21,968 nt of DNA from a bacterium (GTDB lineage Bacteria > Hinthialibacterota > Hinthialibacteria > Hinthialibacterales > Hinthialibacteraceae). Shown piece after piece: positions 1-10,089 of this stretch (position 1 is its first letter; each line of letters begins with the position of its first letter). The notes under the pieces were generated by a model. The model worked only from the letters and a program-made list of their open reading frames with translations, was not told where the DNA came from and searched no databases. The position numbers and the translations under genes are program-made. The stretch spans positions 1-21,968 of the forward strand of contig JBHGBC010000098.1 in assembly GCA_041946805.1 (NCBI GenBank), written 5' to 3'.

Positions 1-68
1 GGACGTTCAACGAGGTGGTGCTGACCTACGATAAAACAACATCGATAGCGAATTGGGAAGTATTTTAG
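1..68 (+). CDS. 3' end of a gene cut by the window edge, probably secreted; ends ...TFNEVVLTYDKTTSIANWEVF*
   Basis: Frame from nt 3 is open to TAG at 66-68. Its C-terminus resembles those of the next two ORFs. Not in the ORF track. Confidence 0.65.
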   Translation, partial: TFNEVVLTYDKTTSIANWEVF

Positions 69-229
69 ATGGCTTTTGCACTTCGGGGCAATAAAAATAT
101 ATAGCAAGGAAGAAAAACATTGAGTAAACATATAGGATCGATTGCTTTCATTCTTACTGTTTCTTTAGTGGTCCAGAGAATCGAATAAGACAGCTCATAT
201 ACGGCGAACTACTGAAACGGGAGGATAGG

Positions 230-2188
230 ATGATGAAACATCTCCTTTCGGTTTTGTTTTTCGTGCCATTTGTTCTACCGGTATATGGTGCCGATGTCCC
301 GCTTCACCCCGGCACGGTCGTTCGCTTTGCCACGGTTGAAGAAGGGCGGGCGATTCTCGGCACCCTAGATGACTATGCACGGAACGTGAGTGCTTTTGAA
401 CTACAAGCCATCATGGGAAGCCAGAATCCTGTCTCGGTAGAGCAGTTTTTAGAATTTAGTGCTAAGGGAGTGGAGCCATGGGATGACACGCTGATTGCCG
501 AGACTACAGTCAGGATCAAGAGAGCGGCGTGCATGTTGGAAAAACTCGATTTGAATCTGCCGGAGGTCATTTATTGGATTAGAACGGAAGGAGGTTGGTG
601 TACACGGCAAAACGCGATAATTGGCGATAGCTGCAACGAATGGATCTTCGTTCACGAGCTCTTTCACATTTTCAGCCGCTACAATCCCGCCATTCGGGAC
701 AAGCTCTATTCCATTCTCGGTTATCATCCTTGCGGCGCGCCGATCAAGTATCCGGATTCGGTTGTAAGAATAACCAATCCCGACGCGCCGGTGACCGAGC
801 ATTACATCACGGTGAGTTATCGAGGCGAGCCACTCGCGGTCGCTCCCATCTATTATTCTAACAGTGAAACATACAAAGGCGGAGGTCTCTTCGATTATAT
901 CCAATATGGCCTCATGGCGGTCGAGGAGTCGAGCGAAGGATGGAAGTATAAATTGGTGAACGGTGAACCGCTGATTTTAAAAGAGAGCGATGTGGAAGGA
1001 TACTGGGAACAAGTCGGGAGGAATACCGATTACGATATTCATCCCGAAGAGAGAATGGCGGAGAACTTCAATATTCTATGCTCTGGGCGGCCTGGACATT
1101 ACTGGAACCTGCCAATGCCCCGTATTATAGAAGAGATGGATGCCTTGCTTGCGAAACCACGCGAATACCCCGAGGTTGTCACGGAGCCGCTCAGAGAATT
1201 CACCGACTCGCTCCCGTGGATTCAGACAATGCAATTTTCAGCGAATGATTCTGAAATTCTGACCTGCTCCTCTCTTGTTAATCCAGCAGGAGAAGCGAAA
1301 ATCACCCGATGGGACACGGAATCCGGCCAGCGGCTCGATACCTTTTCGGTTGACCGCTGGGATTCTATTGGATTTTCCCCTCATGGCAAGTATCTATTGC
1401 ATGTGATTGAGGGAGATATTACGATATGGGATATCGAAAATCAACACCCCTTGTACACTCTCCAGCACCCAGAAATCAATGTGAGTGGGCGACTAGAAAT
1501 ATTATATATTGAACCCTCTTGGGCTTTCTCACCCGATGAAACAAAAATGGCGATTTATTGGCGGTACGGGATCGGTTATGAGTCAGCTGGCGTCGTGCAC
1601 GGAACCACCAGCGGCACTACTGAGACGGCATTAAGGGATATGGTTACTGGATTAGAGCTGATGACTTTCCCAACAGACGATTCGGTTTATACACCACCCG
1701 TTTATACACCCGATTGTTCTCAAGTATTGATTGGCGGTTGCTTATACAACATTACAACCGGGCGCGAAGTGAAAAGATTTGAACTGTGGCCATATCCGGA
1801 GGTGTTCTCTCCCGATGGTGCCCGGTTTCTATCGACGGTATTTGTGGCGTTCTTCATCTCCCCTAGAGGAAGCGTACAATTGTCGGACGTTGCTACTAGC
1901 GAAGAGCTGCGCTCTTTCGCCTTTGTATATGGGTCTCATCCTTCGGCCCAGTTTTCGCCGGATGGAGAATTAATAGTAACTACGGACAGATATACGGTGA
2001 GCATCTGGAACAAAACCGGCGAAAAGGAAATCAGAGTGTTGCAGCATCCAAAAGAATCTTGTAATGCCATCTTTTCTTCAGATAGCAATTACATCCTAAC
2101 CAGCTGCGAGGATGGAATTGTGCGGCTGTGGAACATTCAAAACCTGGCCGGCACATCGAATGTAAGTGAGTTCATGCTGTATAGGTGA
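230..2188 (+). CDS. Secreted protein: N-terminal HExxH zincin-like domain plus C-terminal WD40/beta-propeller repeats
   Basis: GGAGG RBS just upstream; signal peptide MKHLLSVLFFVPFVLPVYG; FVHELFH and downstream IHPEERMAENF; repeated FSPDG..., I(T/S)IWD and DGIVRLWN WD40-type motifs. Confidence 0.8.
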   Translation: MMKHLLSVLFFVPFVLPVYGADVPLHPGTVVRFATVEEGRAILGTLDDYARNVSAFELQAIMGSQNPVSVEQFLEFSAKGVEPWDDTLIAETTVRIKRAACMLEKLDLNLPEVIYWIRTEGGWCTRQNAIIGDSCNEWIFVHELFHIFSRYNPAIRDKLYSILGYHPCGAPIKYPDSVVRITNPDAPVTEHYITVSYRGEPLAVAPIYYSNSETYKGGGLFDYIQYGLMAVEESSEGWKYKLVNGEPLILKESDVEGYWEQVGRNTDYDIHPEERMAENFNILCSGRPGHYWNLPMPRIIEEMDALLAKPREYPEVVTEPLREFTDSLPWIQTMQFSANDSEILTCSSLVNPAGEAKITRWDTESGQRLDTFSVDRWDSIGFSPHGKYLLHVIEGDITIWDIENQHPLYTLQHPEINVSGRLEILYIEPSWAFSPDETKMAIYWRYGIGYESAGVVHGTTSGTTETALRDMVTGLELMTFPTDDSVYTPPVYTPDCSQVLIGGCLYNITTGREVKRFELWPYPEVFSPDGARFLSTVFVAFFISPRGSVQLSDVATSEELRSFAFVYGSHPSAQFSPDGELIVTTDRYTVSIWNKTGEKEIRVLQHPKESCNAIFSSDSNYILTSCEDGIVRLWNIQNLAGTSNVSEFMLYR

Positions 2189-2235
2189 ATCATACAAGGA
2201 TCCAAAATAGAAATATATTTGAAAGGAATCCGATC

Positions 2236-4401
2236 ATGAAAAAGTACGTTGTCATTCTGCTTGCCGCCATGATATTTACGTTTCAAGCGGGGTGTGCGAA
2301 GATCATTTATGTATCCCAAACGGCCACCGGCAATCAAAGCGGTGAGGATTGGAATAACGCGTGCGCCAGCATCACCCAGGCGCTGACGGCCGCCAAAAAA
2401 GATCCGGATCTGAAGACCGAGATCTGGGTCGCCGCGGGGCAATATCGCGAAACCATTGCGATGAGAAATAAGGTTAAAATCTTTGGCGGCTTCAGCGGGA
2501 CCGAAAGCAACCAAGAGGACCGGAATTGGCTAGACCATGTTACCATCATCGATGGAACCGGGCTGGAGTCATCCACTGTCTCGGCGGTTGGCATTGGGGA
2601 AGCCGATTCGCAAGGATATATCACCGAATTGAACGGATTTACGATCCAAGGTTCATCCAAGAGCGGCATTTACTGCTCGAATGCCTCCCCCAACATCCTG
2701 AATTGCATCATCACTGCGAATGCCGCCCCGGAGGGAGGTGGAATCTACTGCGACCGTTCCTCTCCCCTCATCAGTTTTTGCGCCATCCTGCACAACACGG
2801 CGGAGAAAGGCGCGGGCGTGTATTGCAACCAATCCTCGCCGCGGATCACCAAAAGCGTCTTGGCCATGAACACAGCAACATCCGGGGGAGGGCTGTACTG
2901 CCAGAATCAATCGTTCCCGGGGCTGATCAATTGCACCCTGGCGGACAACGCCGGCAGCGGAATCGAGTGTGGATCAAGCGCCTGGGTGCGATTGCTCAAC
3001 TGCATCGTGTGGAATCCGGGGATTCAGATCGCGGGGGAGAATGCCGCGTCCTCGCGGGTGGAATACACCTGTCTCAGGAATGGTTGGGCGGGTTTAGGCA
3101 ACATCGCCGAGGATCCCTTGTTTGTGAATGACCAAACCGGGGACTATCACCTGCAGCCGGTTTCCCCCTGCGTCGACGCCGGCCATCCGGATCCGCTATG
3201 GAATGATGAAAAATTGCCTCCCGGATTGGGAAGCGCCCGCTGTGACATGGGCGCGTATGGAGGTACCGGCATGGCCGGCCTCCCGCTTCTCTTCACGGAT
3301 TCGGGCATCCTCCATGTCCGGGCGGACGCCGCGCCGGGCGGAAACGGCTCGTCCTGGGAAACCGCCCTGCCCTCCATTAATGCGGCCATCGCGTTGCAGA
3401 ATTACGGAGAAATTTGGGTTGCGCAAGGCCGGTATCATGAATCGGTCCAGTTGAAATCCGACGTGGCTGTCTATGGAGGATTTGCGGGGAGTGAAAAATC
3501 CCGCGACGCCCGCGATTGGTTGGCCAATGAAACTATTATCGATGCCTCCGGCTTGGAAAATTCCGCCGTGGTGGGCGCCAACCGCGCCCTGCTGGACGGC
3601 TTCACCGTGACGGGAGGAAATGAATCCCGAATCAAGTGCACCGAAACGTCTCCCACGGTGATGCACTGCACGATTACCAGCTCGGCATCCCTGACGAACG
3701 GAAGCGGTGTGCTTTGCGAACGATCGTCTCCCTTGTTTAGTTATTGCATCATTGCGGAGAATCATGTGAAAGAATTGGAGGGTGGTGGAGTACAATGCTC
3801 CGGGCTTGGTTCTCCGAAGTTTCTCAACTGCGTAATCGAAGACAACTCAGCCACTAAGGGAGGCGGGATTCATTGCTTTGCCGCCACAACGCCCCTGTTC
3901 ATGAATTGTATTATCGCCCGGAATACCGCCACGGAGAAAATGGATAATGAGCCCAGCGGAGGCGGAATGCATTTTGTGGTTGAACCGCCGACTTTGATCA
4001 ACTGCGTCATCACCGGGAACCACGGTACGGGAATTGTTGTAGTGGACGATAAGATCACCATTATAAATAGCATCATATGGAATAATTCGGATAAGGCGAT
4101 TTTCGTTGGCGAGAATATGCAGGAGAAAGCGAGGGTCAGCTATAGCTGCATCGAGGGAGGCTGGCCCGGCGAGGGCAACATTGATGCCGATCCCTTGTTC
4201 ATGGATCCGGAAAACGGCGATTACCATCTTCAAAACGGTTCTCCGTGCATCGATGCCGGGCTCGTGGCGAAGGCGCCCAACGAGGACGTGGAAGGCCGCG
4301 GCCGCCCGGGGAGCGACGGATTGGTGGACATGGGCGCGTATGAATCGATGCCGGAATACAGCGCCATGGTGTACGTAACGGATTGGGAGATGCATGATTG
4401 A
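2236..4401 (+). CDS. Secreted right-handed parallel beta-helix protein with two tandem modules (pectin-lyase-like; choice-of-anchor-Q-like ends)
   Basis: ATG 2236 follows GAAAGGA and gives a signal peptide (MKKYVVILLAAMIFTFQAGCA). Each module starts (Y/H)V...G..W..A, contains GGGIYC/NCII repeats and ends DPLF...DYHL..SPCxDAG...DMGAY. Confidence 0.85.
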   Translation: MKKYVVILLAAMIFTFQAGCAKIIYVSQTATGNQSGEDWNNACASITQALTAAKKDPDLKTEIWVAAGQYRETIAMRNKVKIFGGFSGTESNQEDRNWLDHVTIIDGTGLESSTVSAVGIGEADSQGYITELNGFTIQGSSKSGIYCSNASPNILNCIITANAAPEGGGIYCDRSSPLISFCAILHNTAEKGAGVYCNQSSPRITKSVLAMNTATSGGGLYCQNQSFPGLINCTLADNAGSGIECGSSAWVRLLNCIVWNPGIQIAGENAASSRVEYTCLRNGWAGLGNIAEDPLFVNDQTGDYHLQPVSPCVDAGHPDPLWNDEKLPPGLGSARCDMGAYGGTGMAGLPLLFTDSGILHVRADAAPGGNGSSWETALPSINAAIALQNYGEIWVAQGRYHESVQLKSDVAVYGGFAGSEKSRDARDWLANETIIDASGLENSAVVGANRALLDGFTVTGGNESRIKCTETSPTVMHCTITSSASLTNGSGVLCERSSPLFSYCIIAENHVKELEGGGVQCSGLGSPKFLNCVIEDNSATKGGGIHCFAATTPLFMNCIIARNTATEKMDNEPSGGGMHFVVEPPTLINCVITGNHGTGIVVVDDKITIINSIIWNNSDKAIFVGENMQEKARVSYSCIEGGWPGEGNIDADPLFMDPENGDYHLQNGSPCIDAGLVAKAPNEDVEGRGRPGSDGLVDMGAYESMPEYSAMVYVTDWEMHD

Positions 4402-4494
4402 ATGATTGAAATAGGTACATCGGGCCAGAATGGACTGGTTTTCCCGACGGCGCGATCCTTTCCCATCGAACGGACCGGAGAGAGTCACTCCCAA

Positions 4495-4532
4495 TTTCCC
4501 CTTCCCCCGGGAGCCGGCTCGGGGGAGGGAAA
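4495..4532. terminator. Strong intergenic hairpin (terminator or REP-like)
   Basis: TTTCCCCTTCCCCCGGG...CTCGGGGGAGGGAAA imperfect inverted repeat ~95 nt after the beta-helix gene; no clear U-tract. Confidence 0.4.
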
Positions 4533-4696
4533 GCCCTATGCCTCCCGGGCGGCTCCCAAATGACTCCTATATCCAAGCGGATCAATGAGTTGAGTTCCCT
4601 TCCAGGGAAAGTGTTCCAGCAGCCTAGGATTTCCATCCTGGGCCAAGGCTTTTTCGGAATATTTCGGCCGGTTCTTACCTATTTTACGCCGTTGTG

Positions 4697-4724
4697 TTGA
4701 CGTTGACCCCGGGTTTCCTATAAT
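4697..4724 (+). promoter_or_regulatory. Sigma70-type promoter for pilC
   Basis: TTGACG (4697-4702), 16 nt spacer, TATAAT (4719-4724). Confidence 0.65.
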
Positions 4725-4780
4725 ATTAAAGTACAAGAGAAAGCAGGGCCGAGTTCTGTTTGTTGGACGGGAGCATCCAT

Positions 4781-6031
4781 ATGCCAACGTATTCGTATAA
4801 AGCGCTGGACAAGGGCGGGAGAGAAATCAAGGGATCGATCGAGGCCACGGGCGAGGAGGCGGTCGTCGAGCGGTTGCGCAGCATGGGGTATTACGTCACC
4901 CAGGTGAGCCGCTCGCGGGCGGGAGTCGGCCAGGTCGACATCATGGACATGCCGATCGTCCGGGGATTCCAGAAACTCATTTCCCGCGGGAAAGTCAAAC
5001 TCAAGCACATCTCCGCCTTTTCCCGGCAGTTGGCCACGCTGATCGGCGCGGGCCTGCCGCTATTGCGCAGCCTCCAGATTTTACAAGAGCAAGTGGAAGA
5101 CAAAAACCTGAAGGAAGCGGTGATCGGCATCACGGAATCGGTCGAAGGCGGCAGCACGCTTTCGGAGGCGATGGCCAAATATCCCAAGATCTTCAACCGC
5201 CTCTACGTCAACATGATCAAGGCGGGCGAGATCGGTGGCGCGCTCGAGCAGGTTTTGGACCGTCTGGCCCTCTTCCAGGAAAAGGCGCAGGCCGTGCGCT
5301 CGAAGGTCAAGGGGGCGATGTGGTACCCCGCGGTGGTTATCACCATCGCCATGACGGTCGTGACCATCATTTTGATCTTCGTGGTACCCAAGTTCGCCGA
5401 CATGTTCAAGGGGCTGGGTTCGGAACTGCCCTGGCTCACCCAGAAACTGGTGGACTTCAGCGACAACCTAGTGATTTACTGGTACATTCCCGCGTTGATC
5501 ATTGTCGCCATCATCGTGCTCTTGAAATTGACCGCCAAATCCAGCCAAGGGCGCTACATTCTGGACCGGATCAAACTGCGGATGCCGGTCTTCGGCGGCA
5601 TTATTCAGAAATCCGCCATCGCCCGGTTCGCCCGGACCTTCGGAACGCTGCTGGATACGGGCGTTCCCATCCTCCAGACCCTGCTCATTGTCAAGGACAC
5701 GTCCGGCAACGAGGTGATCTCGCGCGCGATGGTGGACATCCACGCCTCCATCCGCGACGGCGACACGGTTTCGGAGCCGATGAAAAACTTCTCCATCTTC
5801 CCGCCGCTGGTCGTGCACATGATCGCCGTCGGGGAGGAAACCGGCGCGCTGGACAAGATGCTGATCAAGGTGGCGGAAGCGTACGAACGCGAGGTGGATG
5901 ACGCCGTCGACGGCTTGGCGAAGCTGATCGAGCCGCTGCTCATCGTGATGCTGGGCGGCATCATCGGAACCGTCGTCGTCGCCTTGTACCTGCCGATCTT
6001 CAGCATCACCAACGCGATGGGCAAAAAATAG
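4781..6031 (+). CDS. pilC: Type IV pilus / type II secretion inner-membrane platform protein (PilC/GspF family)
   Basis: MPTYSYKALD start; FSRQLATLIGAGLPL, MIKAGEIGGAL, FARTFGTLLDTGVPIL, MIAVGEETGALDKML and LIEPLLIVMLG...ALYLPIF motifs. Confidence 0.93.
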   Translation: MPTYSYKALDKGGREIKGSIEATGEEAVVERLRSMGYYVTQVSRSRAGVGQVDIMDMPIVRGFQKLISRGKVKLKHISAFSRQLATLIGAGLPLLRSLQILQEQVEDKNLKEAVIGITESVEGGSTLSEAMAKYPKIFNRLYVNMIKAGEIGGALEQVLDRLALFQEKAQAVRSKVKGAMWYPAVVITIAMTVVTIILIFVVPKFADMFKGLGSELPWLTQKLVDFSDNLVIYWYIPALIIVAIIVLLKLTAKSSQGRYILDRIKLRMPVFGGIIQKSAIARFARTFGTLLDTGVPILQTLLIVKDTSGNEVISRAMVDIHASIRDGDTVSEPMKNFSIFPPLVVHMIAVGEETGALDKMLIKVAEAYEREVDDAVDGLAKLIEPLLIVMLGGIIGTVVVALYLPIFSITNAMGKK

Positions 6032-6064
6032 CCCAACGTCTCACCCTATTTCCTGCCGATTCAC

Positions 6065-6100
6065 ACCCCCGCGGGAGCCAAGGTCCGGCGGGGTTTTTTT
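6065..6100 (+). terminator. Rho-independent terminator after pilC
   Basis: ACCCCCGCGG...CCGGCGGGG stem followed by a T7 tract. Confidence 0.75.
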
Positions 6101-6217
6101 ATAGCCATCCCAAAGTAAGGGCAAGATGAAGATTGTTCCACGGCGTCTTTTATCTATCTATCTGACTTACAATTACTTATGCCTGATGATGAAGCGGGGT
6201 GAGGAGTGGAAAAATTG

Positions 6218-6246
6218 TTGACAAAAATCGTATGATCTGAAATAAT
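6218..6246 (+). promoter_or_regulatory. Candidate sigma70 promoter for the FGE-fold gene
   Basis: TTGACA (6218-6223), 17 nt spacer, AATAAT (6241-6246). Confidence 0.45.
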
Positions 6247-6386
6247 CCTGATGCTCTAATACCCTAATGCCCGATGCATACCCGCATGGATGAGAATTTA
6301 TCCATGGAGGAGCGCCTTTTCAGAGGGGTTTCACGTGCCTCTGCCTTCCTAACATTTTTTTATTTTTTAAATGATATCGGAGGAAG

Positions 6387-7883
<1,497 letters not shown>

Positions 7884-8021
7884 GTCTTGGATTTCTCGAG
7901 GCTGGAACGGTCAACCGTGGTGTTCAGGGTAGGACAGCTCCCGGAAAATCTCATCCCCCAAAAAAACGGGGCAGAACCTGTTGATCAGGATCTGCCCCGG
8001 GGGGAATGCATGGATTTCGAA

Positions 8022-8471
8022 TCAGCGGACGAAGTGAATCTTGACCGGCCTGAGTGGGGTCTGTTCATTTTTGGGCAGCAGGATGGTCAGCACGCCGTTC
8101 GAGAAGCAGCATCGGACTTCGCCGGCTTTGACCGGCGCGGGCAGGGCGATACCTCGCAAGAAAGGGCCGGATCCTTTTTCGGTGACCGCCGCGGCCGCTC
8201 CAGTGCTGTCCGTTGTCCACTGTTTGCGTCCGGAGATGGTGACGTTGCGCTCCTCCACGGCCACGTCGACGCCTTCGGGATCGATGCCGGGCAATTGGGC
8301 GTCCACAATGAAATGGGAGGCGTCTTCGTAGATATCCACCGCGGGGCTCCAGGACGAATCCATGGCGGTGGTCGCCTCGTAGGGACTCAGTTTAGGAATC
8401 TGGGCCAAAGAAAGCCGGCCGGCTTCCGGCCCTCCGCAAGGCGATCGATGGATCGGAGGAGTGGTAAACAT
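8022..8471 (-). CDS. Small heat-shock protein (Hsp20/alpha-crystallin family)
   Basis: WSPAVDIYE, LPGIDPEGVDV, VTISG, FLRGIALP and NGVLTILLPK motifs plus a C-terminal VKI motif. ATG at 8471 has an AAGGAG RBS, so it is preferred over the TTG at 8492. Confidence 0.88.
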   Translation of the reverse strand: MFTTPPIHRSPCGGPEAGRLSLAQIPKLSPYEATTAMDSSWSPAVDIYEDASHFIVDAQLPGIDPEGVDVAVEERNVTISGRKQWTTDSTGAAAAVTEKGSGPFLRGIALPAPVKAGEVRCCFSNGVLTILLPKNEQTPLRPVKIHFVR

Positions 8472-8707
8472 GAGATTCTCCTTTGCTTCCAATCAGTACT
8501 CAGTTAAACGTCCGGGCCGGGATGAAGTAATCCTGAGCCGGTAACAACGTGACGCGCCGGGTGACTCGAAGACCAGAAATTCGAACTGTCCTCATTTTCT
8601 TAAACTCGACCAAATTCCTAAATTATTGAACGTCTCTCAATAAATTGTAGGAATAATATTGCTCCATGTCATGTGAAATCGGTCGGAAATAGGTTGCCAT
8701 TAAAATT

Positions 8708-8724
8708 AGCAATATTTGGGCCAA
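8708..8724 (-). promoter_or_regulatory. Candidate sigma54 (-24/-12) promoter facing the Hsp20 gene
   Basis: Minus strand reads TTGGCCCAAATATTGCT, i.e. GG-N10-GC with the TGGC and TTGC flanks, in an AT-rich tract. Confidence 0.5.
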
Positions 8725-9008
8725 AATAATATTGAATCGGCGGAAGGAAAATATTTCGTATCGGCGTACTCCGTGGGGAGTGGTAAGTCGTTGAATTGCG
8801 GTTGATTGAGACAAAATGGCCCGTTTGGGATCGAATTGGCGCAGGATTGACAGATTCGTGTTTTGCGGATGAAATTCTCTATTCTGGATTCTTTCCGCTT
8901 CGATTCATTCCTAAATTGGAATCCAAGAAACACACCCGGTCCCGTGCGGGAGACGATTCCGGCCGCGCCGGGAGGGAGAGTCCATGGGCGGCGGCCGGGA
9001 TGACCGCC

Positions 9009-9036
9009 TTGACTGCGGGTCCATCCGAGTTATGCT
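9009..9036 (+). promoter_or_regulatory. Candidate sigma70 promoter of the rpmH operon
   Basis: TTGACT, 16 nt spacer, TATGCT, ~50 nt upstream of rpmH. Confidence 0.5.
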
Positions 9037-9088
9037 TGGAGATGCTCTAAATCTCTTAAAAAACTAGAATAAAGTACGATAAGGGACG

Positions 9089-9250
9089 ATGAAACGAACC
9101 TATCAACCCAGTAACATCAAGCGGATACGGACACATGGCTTTCGGGCCCGGATGAAAACGCGCGGCGGCCGCGATGTGCTGCGCCGCCGCCGGTTCAAGG
9201 GGAGACACTGCTTGACGGTGTCGGAATCCATGGGTTTGAAGATGCTGTAA
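9089..9250 (+). CDS. rpmH: 50S ribosomal protein L34 (53 aa)
   Basis: Translated by hand (below the ORF-track cutoff): [53 protein letters not shown]; lies directly upstream of rnpA. Confidence 0.97.
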   Translation: MKRTYQPSNIKRIRTHGFRARMKTRGGRDVLRRRRFKGRHCLTVSESMGLKML

Positions 9251-9354
9251 AGCGGATCGTACCCGGGAGTCGGCCTGCGCCGGGCGCGCCGTGGACTATG
9301 CTTGTGCGCGCCGGGATGGGCGGATAGTAATGGGATCCGGCGGAAGCGACGATT

Positions 9355-9705
9355 TTGGATGAACGGTTTCGCCCAACGGAGCACTTGCGTAAGAAAACCG
9401 AGATCACAGCGGTTTTACGGCAGCCCGGCCGTCAGGGGACGTATTGCGTCCTGCATGTGCTTCCCTGCGGCCGGCCTTATTCCCGGTTGGGATTGGTTGT
9501 GAGCCGGGCGGCGGGTCCGGCGGTGTCGCGCAATCGGGCCAAGCGGCGGATCCGCGAAATTTTCCGCCGCGTGAAAGGCCGTTTTACCCGGACGGCCGAC
9601 CTGGTTATCCGGGCCAGGCGGACGATCAGCGAAGCGACCTACGGGCAACTGGCGGCCGACATCACCGGTTTAATGATACGGGAACATCTTTTGGAAAAGC
9701 AGTGA
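9355..9705 (+). CDS. rnpA: Ribonuclease P protein component
   Basis: RLGLVVSR and AVSRNRAKRRIRE (RNR motif), DLVIRAR; TTG start bounded by an in-frame TAA at 9328-9330; synteny. Confidence 0.95.
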   Translation: MDERFRPTEHLRKKTEITAVLRQPGRQGTYCVLHVLPCGRPYSRLGLVVSRAAGPAVSRNRAKRRIREIFRRVKGRFTRTADLVIRARRTISEATYGQLAADITGLMIREHLLEKQ

Positions 9706-9783
9706 GCCTGCCATCCATAAAGGGATTATTCCGGAGGATGTTTACCTCATCCGGCCGGAGTGGAAGCGGGCGGCGGAGAAAAC

Positions 9784-10059
9784 GTGGCGGAAAGCACGCG
9801 CGGATTGTGTTCCATGCCGGCGCGGGTGGTGATGGCCTTCCTGCGAGGCTATCACCGCTGGATCTCTCCCTATTTACTTCCGGCGTGCCGGTTTTATCCC
9901 ACCTGTTCCGTTTACGCGGTGGAAGCGATTGGCTCCCATGGATTGATCAAAGGGGGATATCTCGCTCTCAAACGGTTGATGAAATGTCATCCCTTCCACC
10001 CGGGCGGCGTGGATTTCCCGCCGAAGCCTTCCGCGGAGAAGGACCGGCCCCGGCCGTAA
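9784..10059 (+). CDS. yidD: Membrane protein insertion efficiency factor YidD
   Basis: ISP...[15 protein letters not shown]...[15 protein letters not shown]; start uncertain (9760, 9784 or 9814). Confidence 0.93.
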   Translation: MAESTRGLCSMPARVVMAFLRGYHRWISPYLLPACRFYPTCSVYAVEAIGSHGLIKGGYLALKRLMKCHPFHPGGVDFPPKPSAEKDRPRP

Positions 10060-10089
10060 CGGCTGTTCATTCATGCATGTGGCGGTTTC

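Noticed and set aside
2185..2235. GTG start at 2185 for the beta-helix gene
   Set aside because: ATG 2236 has the RBS and begins the signal peptide.
7887..8507. 206-aa plus-strand ORF
   Set aside because: Antisense shadow of the Hsp20 gene with no recognisable motifs.
8500..9088. oriC upstream of rpmH
   Set aside because: AT-rich, but no DnaA-box cluster seen and no dnaA gene.
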